A DNA stretch of 61,358 nucleotides, filler included, from Chiloscyllium plagiosum (Eukaryota): the NCBI RefSeq assembly GCF_004010195.1. It is 5 parts of one record of this genome, joined end to end, with 100 filler letters (N's around TTAATTAATTAA, not from the genome) between each part and the next. Parts side by side here need not be neighbours in the genome. Positions count along the whole stretch, not along the records: positions 1 to 23,652 come from NC_057717.1; 4 more parts are not named here. One strand, 5' to 3'. The notes beneath the pieces were generated by a model. The model saw only the letters and a program-made list of their open reading frames with translations. It did no database searches and had not been told where the DNA came from. Position numbers and translations under genes: made by a program. This document shows, piece by piece, positions 1 through 12,372 of this stretch (its first letter is position 1; each line of letters opens with the position of its first letter).

Positions 1-94
1 ATTGTGTTGCTTGTAAAACAATCTCTCCCCTCCTCCTGTAGGTAATGTCGCAGTATTTTCTCGGAATTGGTGATGTGACAATTCAGACATGTTC

Positions 95-101
95 TTTTAT
101 A
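95..101 (-). promoter_or_regulatory. Candidate TATA box of the inferred leftward paralogue
   Basis: TATAAAA on - strand, mirror of 14694-14700, ~92 nt upstream of the mirrored ATG at the window edge. Confidence 0.35.
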
Positions 102-599
102 TTGTGTGCTACGTCTACTGGGAAGCTGTAATTAGAACGACAATTTTTTCGAATTATTTTGAACAAACACATTTTGACAGATTTACCCTAATGATACAGT
201 GTGATAAACTTAGATTTACGTTCGTATTTAAAACCACAAGGAACGGATTAACGTGATCATGATCATGGAATGTTCATTGCAATTGTCTTCAAGCAGCAAG
301 ATTGCACTATTTTCATGCGCTTTCATTCCCAGCAACATCCAAAAACTTTTAATAATCGTTTCAGAGATGACTTTAAAATAGCTGAGACTTTTCAGTGACA
401 AATTATAATATATGTCGAGCACATTGAGAGGGCTTTTTTTTTGCTGCACACTGTCATCCATTAATTTCCTTGTTAATTCAGTATATAATGGCGCTGGCCC
501 TTTGACAAAGCTATTTTGCCCTTGTTTTTTTCGAAAGGATTAATAATGGCAGAGGTGCAAGATTGTTTGAACTCGCTACTTTAATAATGGTTAACATGT

Positions 600-1113
600 A
601 CATGTTAAGTCAACAACCAGAGGAGGTCTTTAGTGTTTTTGTTTAAGCAGTTGTACAACGAAATGTTAGTGGCCAGATCTCCCAGCTTTCTTTGTTAGTC
701 TAGTTTTATTTTAAACTGCTGGTCAATGAAATTCTGCTGGGTTGAAAGGGGTGAAAGGTGTGGGATTCAATAGGGCTTTCTTTTGTCCGACACTATCTCT
801 CCGACATTTTTCCAGTGAGAATCTGTTTCATTTTATGCTTTTTCCAAAACGACTGTGTGAAATTGGAATCGCATCATTAAGTTGTAATAGAATCTGTTAA
901 CTTTTAAAATACGTTAATTTATTGTACATGATACTCTATTTAGTTCGTGATTCAATCGGTGGTCTGTAAAGAGATTCTGATTTGTTTCAAACTGAGCGAT
1001 TTGCTCAACTGCTTCTACCTTAGAATATCCACATTACGTCTTCTCAAAAAAAACATAGAAAATACGGATCTGGTCTTCCACCTTGAAATGCTTTGAGGGG
1101 CCTGGTCTATACA
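600..1113 (+). mobile_element. Decayed solo LTR-like repeat
   Basis: Shares motifs (gagaatctgtt..., tttgagggg.ctggtc.at at the 3' end) with the LTR at ~8560-9185 and the copy at ~19407-19962. Mirrored at ~13385-14190. Confidence 0.5.
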
Positions 1114-1289
1114 AATTTTATAAATTAATTGGGGAATGGCTATTTGTGAACGAACACTCTAGCAGAGAACCCGAAGCTGAGACTGGCTTCAGCAACAGCT
1201 GGAGCTTACACTAATGAATACCTACCCAAAAGAAAAACAAACGGATAATCACATCAGAGTCATAAATTTACATTAATTTAATGATAAAA

Positions 1290-1880
1290 TGAAACAATAC
1301 AGAGGAATGTCTTCAACCCATCGGTTCTCTGACACGAAAAGTGCACTAAATCTGTATTAATCATATCTTATAGCACTTGGCCTACAGCCTTGAACTTTAT
1401 GACATTTCTCATCCAGGTATTTTCTTAAAAAGCTTTCGAGGTTTTCTGCCTCTACGACACTTATTGGGAGGGCACTGCAGACTCCTGACGATCTTCGAAT
1501 TTTCGGCTTATTATTGTACTAACTACTTTTGAGCTTCTATTCCCCCATGTCACCCATGATACTATTTGTTCAAATCTCTGCTCGAATGAAAACAACCCAA
1601 GCTTATTCAGCCTCTTTATTCTTTGTTAAACTGTTCCAACCGAAGCAGTAGATATGTGAATTTCCTTTGCAGCCCCGAAAGCGCATCAAATGCTCCCCTC
1701 AGTGCTGTGACCAGAACGAAACACAGTATTCCAACTGTGACGAAACCACTGTCTTGTGCAGGTCCAACATAACCGCCCTGTTCTTTTCGTCTTTGTCTCT
1801 ACTAGTTAAGGAACATTTCCCGACTGTCACCCTGCACAGGGAATCGAGCATTGGATGCGACAGCATCACTTTAATATTCA
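1290..1880 (-). mobile_element. Old CR1 LINE 3' fragment
   Basis: ORF 1699-1881(-) ends LEYCVSFWSQH, a decayed form of the CR1 ORF2 motif LEYCVQFWSPH. Confidence 0.75.
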
Positions 1881-2134
1881 ACGAACTGTTCTTGTGGAGA
1901 TTGAAGTGATATTTTCTTGAAATTTAAAACTGCCTGAGATTCCATGGTGAAATTAAGAAATTGATACAGGGGGCAAGAAGATACATGCACACCTCAGAGT
2001 AAGAACTACGGCCACATTGATGCGGATAGCTATCGAGAAAATCATTCTGCTGGAGAAAAAAAAATGGTAAGGCTGGTGAAATTGCGAAGATCCACAAGAT
2101 ACATGTTCAAATGCCTGCTTATTTCATTTTGGAA

Positions 2135-2440
2135 TGGTGTGGTGGCGCAGTGATTAGCACTGCAGTGTCATAGCGCCGCCGATCCGGTTTCGATTCCAAC
2201 CTGTAGCAAACATCTGTGTGGAGTTTGCACATTCTTCCCGTATATGCATGGGTTTCCTCCGCGTGCTCTGATTGTCCGCTGCAGGATCGGTGAATTGGCC
2301 ATGCCACATTGCTGCAAGCGTTCAGAAATGCGTTGGTTACATGCATTAGTCAGGGGTCAGAAAACTGTAGCGGTCTGTGTGGGTTACTCTATGGAGGGTC
2401 AGTGTGGAGTTAATGAATCCAAAGGTCTGTTTGGCCACAG
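2135..2440 (+). mobile_element. tRNA-derived SINE (HE1-like), decayed
   Basis: A-box-like ggtggcgcagtgattagcac, B-box-like ggtttcgattcc, core tgtgtggagtttgcacattct shared with the other SINE copies. Confidence 0.8.
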
Positions 2441-2448
2441 GAGAGTCT

Positions 2449-3860
2449 TAGAGTCATGCACATGTGTACAACATGGAAACAGACCCTTCAATCCTACCCG
2501 TCCATGCCGACCATATATCCCAACCCAATCTCTTCCCGTCCAAAGCCCTCTTATCCATATACCCGTCCAAATCCCTCTTAAATGTTGCAAATGTACCAGC
2601 CTCCAATATTCCACTGACAGCTCATTCCACGCATGTACCATTCTCTGCGTGAGAACTTTTCCTCCTTAGATCTCTTTTACATATTTCCCTCTCACCCAAA
2701 ACCCATGCTCTCTATTTCTGGACTCTGCGAACTCAGGGAAAAGACTTTGTCGATTTACCCTATCCATGCCCCTCATAATTTTGTAAACCTCTATAAGGTC
2801 ACCCCTAAACCTCTGATGTTCCAGGGAAAACAGACCCAACCTGTTCAGCCTCTCCTTGAGCTCAAATCGTTCAATATTGGAAACATTCTTGTGCATCTTT
2901 CCTGAATCCTTTCAAAATTCATAGCATCTTTCCGATAGGAAGGAGACCAGAATTACAAGCAATGTTCCAGCAGTCGCCTAACTAATGTCCTGTTTCGCCA
3001 TAACATGACCTCCCAACTCCTGTCCGCAATGATCCAACCAAAAAAAGAAAGAATTCCAAACATCTTCACTATTCTATCTACCTGCGACTCCACTTTCAAG
3101 GAGCTATGAAACTGCACTCCAAGGTCTCTTTGTTCCGCAACACTCCCTAGGACCTTACCATTAAGTGCATATGTCCTGCTAAGATTTGGTTTCCCAGAAT
3201 GCAGCACCTCGCATTTATCTGAATTAAACCTCATTTGTCATTTCTCAGCCCATTGGACAATCTGGTCAAGATCTTGTTATAATCTGAAGTATCCCTCTTG
3301 GCTGTCCACTGCACCTCCAATTTTGGTGCCAGCTGCAAACTTATTAACTCTACCTCTTCTGCTCGCATCCAAATCATTTATGTAAATGACAAAAAGTAGA
3401 GGACCCAGCACCGATCCTTGTGGCACTCCACAGGTCATAGGCCTCCAGTATGAAAAATAACCCTCCGTCACCATCCTCTGTCTTCTACCTTTGAGACAGT
3501 TCTGTATCCAAATGGATAGTTCTCCCTCTATTATGAGATCTAACTTTGCTAATCAGTCTCCCATGGTGAACCTTGTCCAATGCCTTACTGAAGTCCATCT
3601 AGGGAAATATTACTGCTCTGCCCTCATTAGTCCTCTTTGCTATTTCTTCAAAAAGCGCAATCAAGTTTGTGAGATATGATTTCCCACGCAAAAAGCCATG
3701 TTGACAATTCTAATTACATGTACATCCTGTCCCTCAGGATTCCCTCCAATACTTTGCGCACCACCGAGGTCAGGCTCACCTGTCTATGGCTCCCTGGCTT
3801 GTCCTTATAGCCCTTCGTAAACCGGGGCACCACGTTTGCCAATCTCCAGTCGCAACCTCA
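2449..3860 (-). mobile_element. CR1 LINE, 5'-truncated (RT and 3' end)
   Basis: Peptides [30 protein letters not shown] and RLNRLGLFSLE; short-repeat tail tagagtcat at the left end. Confidence 0.92.
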
Positions 3861-4464
3861 CTTGTGACTAAATCTCAGTAAAAGGGCATGTGGTCAAGTA
3901 GTTGACATGTGATTGCACTGACACATACATCTAAATATTATCAGCTTCCTTTTGCCAGCGATCAGGTTGGTCTTCGCAGGAAGTGATCTTAGCGATAGAG
4001 CACATCTGCTGGGCGACGAAGAGCCTAATCACATGTGAGCAGTCGGCACCTGCATTTTCAGTTCATTGTCAACTGATGGCCGGATCGATGAGACTTCACA
4101 CTATGAAGATAGTTATTTGAGATCTTCCAAAATCAAGAAGTGTGGAGAAAATGAAGAAACGGTTCGGAATGAATCTCGCTCATTTGTTGAATGAGTTGGT
4201 GGGAGATAACGCAATTGATGAAGTGGTAAATTGTTAGGAGTTTAGCCTTCGATTACAAGAGCATATGGAAACTGTGGTCAGAGGCAAATAGAATTATACC
4301 CGATAAATGTGAGATAAAGATTAGGTATTGTTTGAACAAAACAAACATGGAAAGCAAATATGTAACGAATGGTACGATTCTGGGGAAGCACTGAGGAACA
4401 GAGCGACTTTAGTTTGCATCTATGTCGGTTCCTTAAGATATTAGCAAAGAGTAACAAAATTATT

Positions 4465-4968
4465 ATAGAGTCATAGAGATGTACAGCATGTAAAAAATGC
4501 TTCGGTCCAACCCGTCCCTGCGGACCAGATATCCCAACCCAATCTAGTCCCACCTGCCAGCACCCAGCCCATATCCCCCTAAAACCTTCCTATTCATATA
4601 CCAATCCAAATGTCTCTTAAATGTTACAATTGTACCAGCCTCCACCACATGCTCTGGCAGCTCATTCCATACATGCACCACCCTCTGCGTGAAAAAGTTG
4701 CCCCTTAGGTCTCTTTTATATCTTTCCCCTCTCACCCTAAACCTATGTCCTCTCGTTCTGGACTCCCCGTCCCCAGGGAAAAGACTTTGCCTATTTATCC
4801 TACCTATGCCCCTCATAATTTTGTTAATCTCTACAAGGTCACCCCTCAGCCTCCGACGCTCCAGGGAAAACAGCCACAGCCTGTTCAGCCTCTCCCTGTA
4901 GCTCAGATCCTCCAACCCTGACAACATCCTTGTAACTCTTTTCTGAACCCTTTAAAGTTTCACAACAT
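4465..4968 (-). mobile_element. CR1 LINE 3' fragment
   Basis: ORF 4544-4927 LFSLERRRLRGDL...FFTQRVVHVWNELP; tail tagagtcatagag. Confidence 0.92.
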
Positions 4969-5411
4969 TCTCATGTGGTATTTTGTGTTATTCAGCTTTG
5001 CGTAGGGTTTAATAGTAGTACGGTTTGGCTACAAATTTGATAATACATGGGGTATTATCTCTGCATTCATCCTATCTGTACCCCTCATGATTCTATACTC
5101 CTCAGTAAGGTCACCCCTCATTCTCTGAATTTCCAAGGGATAAAGTCCTATACTTACCAATCTCTCCCTATACCTCAGGCCTACTTGTCCTGGCACCATC
5201 CTCAAACCTTCTTTGCATACTTACCAGTCTTCCAAGTCATTCATATAAACAGCAAGCAGCAAGCATCCCAGCTCTGAACAATGTGGCACAATGCTGGTCA
5301 GAGACTGCGTTACTAAGACAACGCTGAACCAACATCCTTTGTCTCATATTTGAAAGCCAAGTTTGAAACCAGTTTGCCAACTTGTTTTGGATCCCTTGGC
5401 CCTTAATGTTT

Positions 5412-5911
5412 NNNNNNNNNNNNNNNNNNNNNNNNNNNNNNNNNNNNNNNNNNNNNNNNNNNNNNNNNNNNNNNNNNNNNNNNNNNNNNNNNNNNNNNNN
5501 NNNNNNNNNNNNNNNNNNNNNNNNNNNNNNNNNNNNNNNNNNNNNNNNNNNNNNNNNNNNNNNNNNNNNNNNNNNNNNNNNNNNNNNNNNNNNNNNNNNN
5601 NNNNNNNNNNNNNNNNNNNNNNNNNNNNNNNNNNNNNNNNNNNNNNNNNNNNNNNNNNNNNNNNNNNNNNNNNNNNNNNNNNNNNNNNNNNNNNNNNNNN
5701 NNNNNNNNNNNNNNNNNNNNNNNNNNNNNNNNNNNNNNNNNNNNNNNNNNNNNNNNNNNNNNNNNNNNNNNNNNNNNNNNNNNNNNNNNNNNNNNNNNNN
5801 NNNNNNNNNNNNNNNNNNNNNNNNNNNNNNNNNNNNNNNNNNNNNNNNNNNNNNNNNNNNNNNNNNNNNNNNNNNNNNNNNNNNNNNNNNNNNNNNNNNN
5901 NNNNNNNNNNN
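5412..5911. other. Assembly gap (500 N)
   Basis: Run of N. Confidence 1.
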
Positions 5912-8560
5912 GATGGGAAAGAGTAAAAGCAGATGTTTTGTATTACAATCATCTCGATTGTCTTGACAATCAGCCCTGAACGTTTGATGACTGATGCCAC
6001 CTTTCTAACGCTCCCTGCCCTCTGGATTGTATACAGCAAATTAGAATTGAATTATTCCTAATCTGTCCATAACTTCCTAGAAAAATTTTGGACTAAGTTC
6101 AATACTTGCTCTCATTTTAGTTCTGTCGTTATTTCATATCTTGGGGAAGAAATTGAGCAACGCCTCCACAAACCGTTAAGCTGTGATATTTCATGACGAA
6201 ATGACACTGTAAATCTACTGGACACCTCCATTATTTTGCAGCAAATACGACTTTTCTTTCATGTAGTACTCGGAAGCCACCATTTAAGACACTTGCAAAA
6301 TGTTCCTCAAAAGCAGGAAGATTTATTGAAGGTATGGATTTTATTCTGCCCGGTCGTTATCGAATTACCTGGCGTGCATGACATGCCTGGAAAAAGTCAC
6401 ATACATCCTTGTGTAGTACAGGCCAGCAAAAATTTTAATATAATCTATCCTGAGTTCTTCTTATCCCAAAAGGACATACTGGTAGTTCATCTGCTTCCCG
6501 CAATACCTCTTCTCTTTGATCCACTGGCAATTCGATTTGATCAACTTCTACCTATTTCTGATCGGCCTGAATATGTCTCCCTTTCCCTTTTGAGTCGTGA
6601 TATTTATGTTAGTAACACACCAGGATGCAGCTACAATCTCCTTTGATACAATTGGTTTAGTTCCTCATCTTTTTTGTTGCAACGGAGTTAATCTTTCCGA
6701 ACTAGAGACGTCAAATTTGATCGGACAAGGTATCTGATCATTTCACTTCACCTGTCTTAACTGTACTCGTTGATCTCTTCTGTTTTAACTGGTAACTTTG
6801 TGACCTTCTTAACATACAATTAGAAAAATTCCCATCATAAGCATCCTCACATATCTCAGTTGTGTGACGTTGCACATGCTTTTCAACCACTGTGGAGAGG
6901 ACTCCCACTGTGAACCACCCATAACGTTAGCACGCATAACACATATTCCTGGAGCTAAGAGTTTGTGCAGTACTCCCACCATAATTTCTGAGTTATTCAT
7001 TGGACACTCTGACTTGTTGTCCGCTTCTTGTCTCACTGTGAATTCCCATTGCAAGAACGTTTTTCTGGCAATTGCCTTTCTGAGGTGCATATAAACTTCA
7101 AGGATTGAGAGGATTCTGTATGTCTTATCATTGTAACCTCATGACGTACTTCTCCTGCCCGATGTGAATAAACTTTATATTCCAAAGATGTGGATTAAGA
7201 ATATTTGGCATTTCTTGCCTAACCAGCCTCCGAGTTGGTTGCACATTGTTGTGCAGATTTTGATTTTCATTGTCAAATCTATTACCACTTCAACTAAAGT
7301 CACTGGCTGATCCTGGTTTCCTACATCTGGGTTCCAAATTATTTTTTTTACAATGCAACACTGTGATTTCACGTGGCCTTCTTTATCGCAGTGAAACTAT
7401 CCGACCTTGTTTTAACATCCCTTACGCTTTCACGACGTAATCATCAGCCATTACTTCCTCTAATCCTGCCGTTCTTCCTCTCTGCAAATCCACATGAGTT
7501 ATCTATACTTCAAGAAGTGAATTTTTGATCTCCAAAAATATTGTCTCTCTAATAAAATCGTACGTTTGCTCTACTTTAATTCCCTTATTCTTCTATGAAA
7601 ATTACTCATTTCCTTTATCATTTCAAACATAATATATGTTTGACCAGGATTCAGATTGCTAAAACGTTGTCAGTCGGCTTCTGGCAAAAGCTCATAAATA
7701 CCTAAAATAGCTTTCTTTACCTCCTCTTAAGTCCTAGATTACTCCAATGATAGTGCTCCCAATACATCACGAAGTACAGCTTTTATTTTGAATAACAAAA
7801 CCAACATGGTCACTGGCAATTTGATCTAATTTGCCACCTTCTCAAATGAGATGGAAACGATTTTCAAGTCTTTCTTATCAAACGTAGTCTGAATATGCTA
7901 AAACAGATCCCCACCGGGCATTTTGCAATTATTGGTTGTCATCCTCAATTTCTTCCACACCAAAACGTGCCTTCAGGGTTTTTTTACCATGACTATAAGC
8001 TGATATTACTTTCGAACCGCCAATTTGCGAAGTTCAAACTCTTTCTTCCTTTCCTCTCTCTCCGTTCTTTCTTTGTCTTCACTTTTTTGTGTTTACGTTC
8101 TGCTTAAGCAATTCGTTCTTTTCCTCCTTCCTCTACTTAACTTCATTGGAAACAGTTTCATAACTTTAGCCCTTTCCTTTCCTTTTTCATCTGATTCAGT
8201 CTGCTGCATTTTCAATTGAATTTTAGCCCTATCCAAAGATTCTGGGTGCGTTTCCAGCAAACTTAAATACTGAATGATTTCTATAATCATCGCTCCTTGC
8301 CTCCTGCAAGATGGCAGCTTCAACTCCTGTTGGACTGTCAGTACCAGCAGCTTTTCCTTGTTCACCTTTTGTAAAGCCTCTAGAGTCACTTCTTTCACCC
8401 CCAGAAAAGTGTTAGTGACTGAAACAGCTATTACTGCTCCGAGCATATTTTAAAATAACTGATTTGAAATAAGACAAACACCTACCAGTCTCTGCCTTTG
8501 TTTCCAGTAAAATTAAGCGTAAATTGTAAATATTGAACAAATGACGCTAACAGCCACAAA
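5912..8560 (-). mobile_element. Decayed Gmr1-like Ty3/Gypsy LTR retrotransposon internal region (gag, protease, integrase)
   Basis: Manual - strand translation gives gag FLGVKEVTLEALQKVNKEKLL (~8400) and SFEKVA...EEVKKAILGIYELLPEAD*QRF (~7850-7660); a knuckle remnant FHCDKEGHVKSQC (~7400-7360); protease-end VGVLHKLLAPGICVMRANVMGG (~6980-6910); integrase FCWPVLHKDVCDFFQACHARQV (~6430-6365) and GALERWHQ (~6015-5990). Many stops and frameshifts. Confidence 0.8.
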
Positions 8561-9185
8561 ACCTAGATGGACCAGGGCAGACCCACTCAAAATGTTTCAA
8601 GAAAAGAACCTGGAACGTCATTGTTCCAGTTGTTTTAAGTGGGTGCTTAGTGGATGTTCCGCAAATGATGGAGCTGGCTCAACTAATCAGTTTTAAACAA
8701 AACATAATTAATTTCCAAGATCAACGAATGAAATAAGCACAAAAGAGTACAGCGTATTAAATAACTTAAACTATCCAAAAACCGAATAGATTATCCCAAC
8801 TTTTATGATGTTGTCCCAAATTCCTGAAACAACCACCATAAACACCCGTTCACAAAACAATAACTTAAATACAAACACAGGTTCTCACAAAGATGTTATC
8901 AGAGACACAGAATCAGCATGGAGCTCTTTCCTTTACCGGTAACCTGAAAAAAAAGACTGCTTGCTAAAATCAAACCAAACCAAACCAAACCAAACCAAAC
9001 CAGAGTAAAGCTGAGCTGAGAGAAAGCGCCACGCCATTTTAATTGTCTCAGTATTTCTTTTAAAAAAACAGAGAAGCTTCTTCATGTAGATAAACCCAAA
9101 CATGTCCGAAACCACGTCTTCATAAACCCATTTGGAAAAAAAAAATCAAGGAAATGTAATCTCGTTAAGGGAGCAGCGTCATTAC
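8560..9185 (-). mobile_element. 5' LTR of the Gmr1-like element
   Basis: Directly upstream of gag on - strand; begins TGTAATG (9185); similar to dispersed copies at ~600-1113 and ~19407-19962; contains a short (AAACC)n run. Confidence 0.6.
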
Positions 9186-9489
9186 AATGCACTCTTCACC
9201 ATTTATCACATGTCAACCATGTTTCCTCTCGATCTCCTCTGCTCGATGTAAAACAACCCGCAATCTGTCCAATCTCTCTTCGATAATGGAAGCTTTTCAG
9301 ACACAGGCAACATTGCCTTGAACCTCACTTTTCACCCTCTCCAGTGTGATCATCTCCGATAATTTGGATTACAGAACTGCACACAATATGTTCACTATGC
9401 AGTCTAACGGATGTTTTATCAAGTTTTCAGCTAAACCATACTACTATTAAACCCGACGCAAAGCTTAATAACACAAAATACCACATAAG

Positions 9490-9995
9490 GATGTTGTGAA
9501 AGTTCAAAGGGTTCAGAAACTATTTTCAAGAATGTTGCCAGGGTTGGAAGATCTGAGCTACAGGGAGACGCTGAATTGGCTGGGTCTGTTTTCCCTGGAG
9601 CGTCGGAGGCTGAGGGGTGACGTTATGGAGGTTTACAAAATTATGAGGGGCATAGATAGGATAAATAGACAAAGTCTTTTCCCTGGGGTCGGGGAGTCCA
9701 GAACTAGAGGGCATAAGTTTAGCGTGAGAGGGAAAAGATATAAAAGAAACCTAAGGTGCAACTTATTCACGTAGAGGGTGGTACGTGTATGGAATGAGCT
9801 GCCAGAGGATGTGATGGAGGCTGGTACAATTGCAACATTTAAGAGGCATTTGGATGGGTATATGAATAGGAAGATTTTGGAGGGATATGGGCCGGGTGCT
9901 GGCAGTTGGGTCTAGATTGGGTTGGGATATCTGGTTAGCATGAACCGGTTGCATCGAAGGGTCTTTTTCCATGCTGTACCTCTCTATGACTCTAT
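9490..9995 (+). mobile_element. CR1 LINE 3' fragment (mirror of 4465-4968)
   Basis: ORF 9496-9774 LGLFSLERRRLRGD; tail ctctatgactctat. Confidence 0.92.
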
Positions 9996-10619
9996 AATCA
10001 TTCTATTCGACTTTGCTAATATTTTAAGGGACCGACATAGATGCAAACCAAACTCCCTCTGATCCTCAGTGCTTCACAGAATCGTACCGTTCATTATGTA
10101 TTTGCTTTCCATGTTTGTTCTGTTCAAACAATACCAATTCATTATCTCACATTTATCGGGTACAATTCCCTTTGCCTCTGACCACCATTTCCACATGCTC
10201 TTTTAATCGAAGGCTAAACTCCTAACTATTGAACACTTCGTCAATTGTGTTATCTCCAGACAACTCATTCAACAAAAGGGCTAAATTCATTTCAAACCGT
10301 TTCTTCATTTTCTCCACATTTCTTGAGTTTGGAAGATCTCAAATAACTATCTTCGTAGTGTGAAGTCTCATTGATACTGCCATCAGCTGACAATGAACTG
10401 AATATGCAGATGCCGACTGCTCACATGTGATTAGGCTCTTTGTCTCCCAGCAGATGTGATCTATAGCTAAGATCAATTCCTCCGAAGATCAACCTGATCT
10501 CTGGCAAAAGAAAACAAATCTTCATTTGTTGAAGCTGATAATATTCAGATGTATGTGTCAGCACAATCACATATCAATTACTTGTCCACTTGCCCTTTTA
10601 CTGAGATTTAGTCACAAGA

Positions 10620-12050
10620 GAGGTACCAGAAGACTGGAGGTTGTCAAACGTGGAGCCACTGTTTAAGAAGGATGGTAAGGACAAGCCAGGGAGCCATAGG
10701 TCGGTGAGCCTGACCTCGGTGGTGGGCAAACTATTGGAGGAAATGCTGAGGGACAGGATGTACATGTATTTAAAACAGTCAATAAGGCTTTATGCGTGGG
10801 AAATCATGTCTCACAAACTTGATTGAGCTTTTTGAAGAAGTAACAAAGAAGATTGATGAGGGCAAAGCAGTAGATGTTACCTATAAGGACTTCAGTAAGG
10901 CGTTCGACAAAGTTCGTTATGGGAGACCGATTAGCAAGGCTAGATCTCATGGGATAGAGGGTGAGCTAGCCATTTGGATACAGAACTGTCTCAAAGGTAG
11001 AAGACAGAGGGTGGTGGTGGTGGAGGGTTCTTTTTCAGACTGGAGGCCTATGACCAGTGGAGTGCCACAAGGATCGGTACTGGGTCCTCTAATTTTTGTC
11101 ATTGACATAAATGATTTGGATGCGATCAGAAGAGGTACAGTTAGTAAGTTTGCAGCTGACACCAAAATTGGAGGGGAAGTGGACAGCCAAGAGAGATACC
11201 TCAGATTACAACCGGATCTTGACCAGATGGGCCAATGGGCTGAGAGCTGGCAGATGGAGTTTAATTCAGATAAATGCGAACTGCTGCATTTTGGGAAAGC
11301 AAATCTTAGTAGGATGTATACACTTAATGGTAAGGTCCTTGGGAGTGTTGCTGAACAAAGAGACCTCGGAGTGCAGGTTCATATTGCGTTGAACTTGGAG
11401 TCGCTGGTAGATAGGATAGTGAAAAAGGTGTTTGGTATCCTTTCTTTTAATGGTCGTATTATTGAGTACAGGAGTTGGGAGGTAATGTTATGGCTGCACA
11501 GGACATTGGTTAGGCCACTGTTGGAACATTGCGTGTAATTCTGGTCTCCTTCCTATCGGAAATATGTTATGAATCTTGAAAGGATTCAGGAAAGTTGTGC
11601 AAGGATGTTTCCAGGATTGGACGATTTGAGCTCCAGGAAGAGGCTGAACAGGCTGGGTCTGTTTTCCCTGGAGTGTCGGTGGTTTATAAAATTATGAGGG
11701 GCATGGGTAAGGTAAATCGGCAAAGTCTTTTCTCTAGGGTGGGGGTGTGCAGAAATAGAGGGCATGGGTTTTCGTGAGAGGGAAAGATGTAAAAGAGTTC
11801 TAAGGAGGAAACGTTCTCATGCACAGGTTGGTACATGCATGGAATGAGCTGCTAGTGGAGTGGTGGAGGCTGGTATATTTGCAACATTTAAGAGGCATTT
11901 GGACAGGTATATGAAAAGGAGGGCTTTGGAGGGATATGGGCGGGTGCAGGCAGGTGGGACTAGATTGGATGGGGATATATGGTCGGCATGGATGGTAGGA
12001 TTGAAGGGCCTGTTTCCATGCTGTACACATCTATATGACTCTATGACTCT
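10620..12050 (+). mobile_element. CR1 LINE, 5'-truncated (mirror of 2449-3860)
   Basis: ORF 10792-11538 is a CR1 RT ([25 protein letters not shown]); tail atgactctatgactcta. Confidence 0.95.
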
Positions 12051-12059
12051 ACTGTGGGT

Positions 12060-12372
12060 AAGCAATCCTTTGGATCCAAAAACTCCACACCGACCCTCCA
12101 CAAAGTAACACACACAGACCCCTACACTTTTCTGACCCCTGATGAATGCTTGTAACCAACACCTTCCTGAACACTTTAAGCAATGTGGCATTTCCAATTC
12201 ACCTAGCCCACACAACTTTGGACTGGAGGGGACAATCGGAGCACCCAGAGGAAAGCCACGCAGATACGGGAATAATGTGCAAACTCCACACAGATATTTG
12301 CCAGAGGTTGGAAGCGAACGCGGATCGATGGCGCTGTGACGCAGCAGTGCTAATCACTGCGCCACCACGCCA
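12060..12372 (-). mobile_element. tRNA-derived SINE (mirror of 2135-2440)
   Basis: tgtgcaaactccacaca core and gtgctaatcactgcgccacc (A-box) in reverse orientation. Confidence 0.8.

Larger units (their letters stand above)
1..5048 (-). repeat. Left arm of a large inverted segmental duplication (partner 9411-14793); runs off the left edge
   Basis: Positions 1-88 (attgtgttgcttgtaaaacaatctctcccc...) are the reverse complement of ~14706-14793. Unique DNA, LTR, SINE and CR1 pieces are colinear in mirror order. Similarity ends at ...tttgataatacat (5048) versus atgttttatcaag (9411). Confidence 0.95.

Noticed and set aside
5344..6039. Long ORFs across N runs (also 28782-29477)
   Set aside because: Their length comes from undefined bases.
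10792..11538. 248-aa reverse transcriptase ORF as a host gene or active element
   Set aside because: A 5'-truncated CR1 fragment with a mutated catalytic motif (FAAD) and a premature stop.
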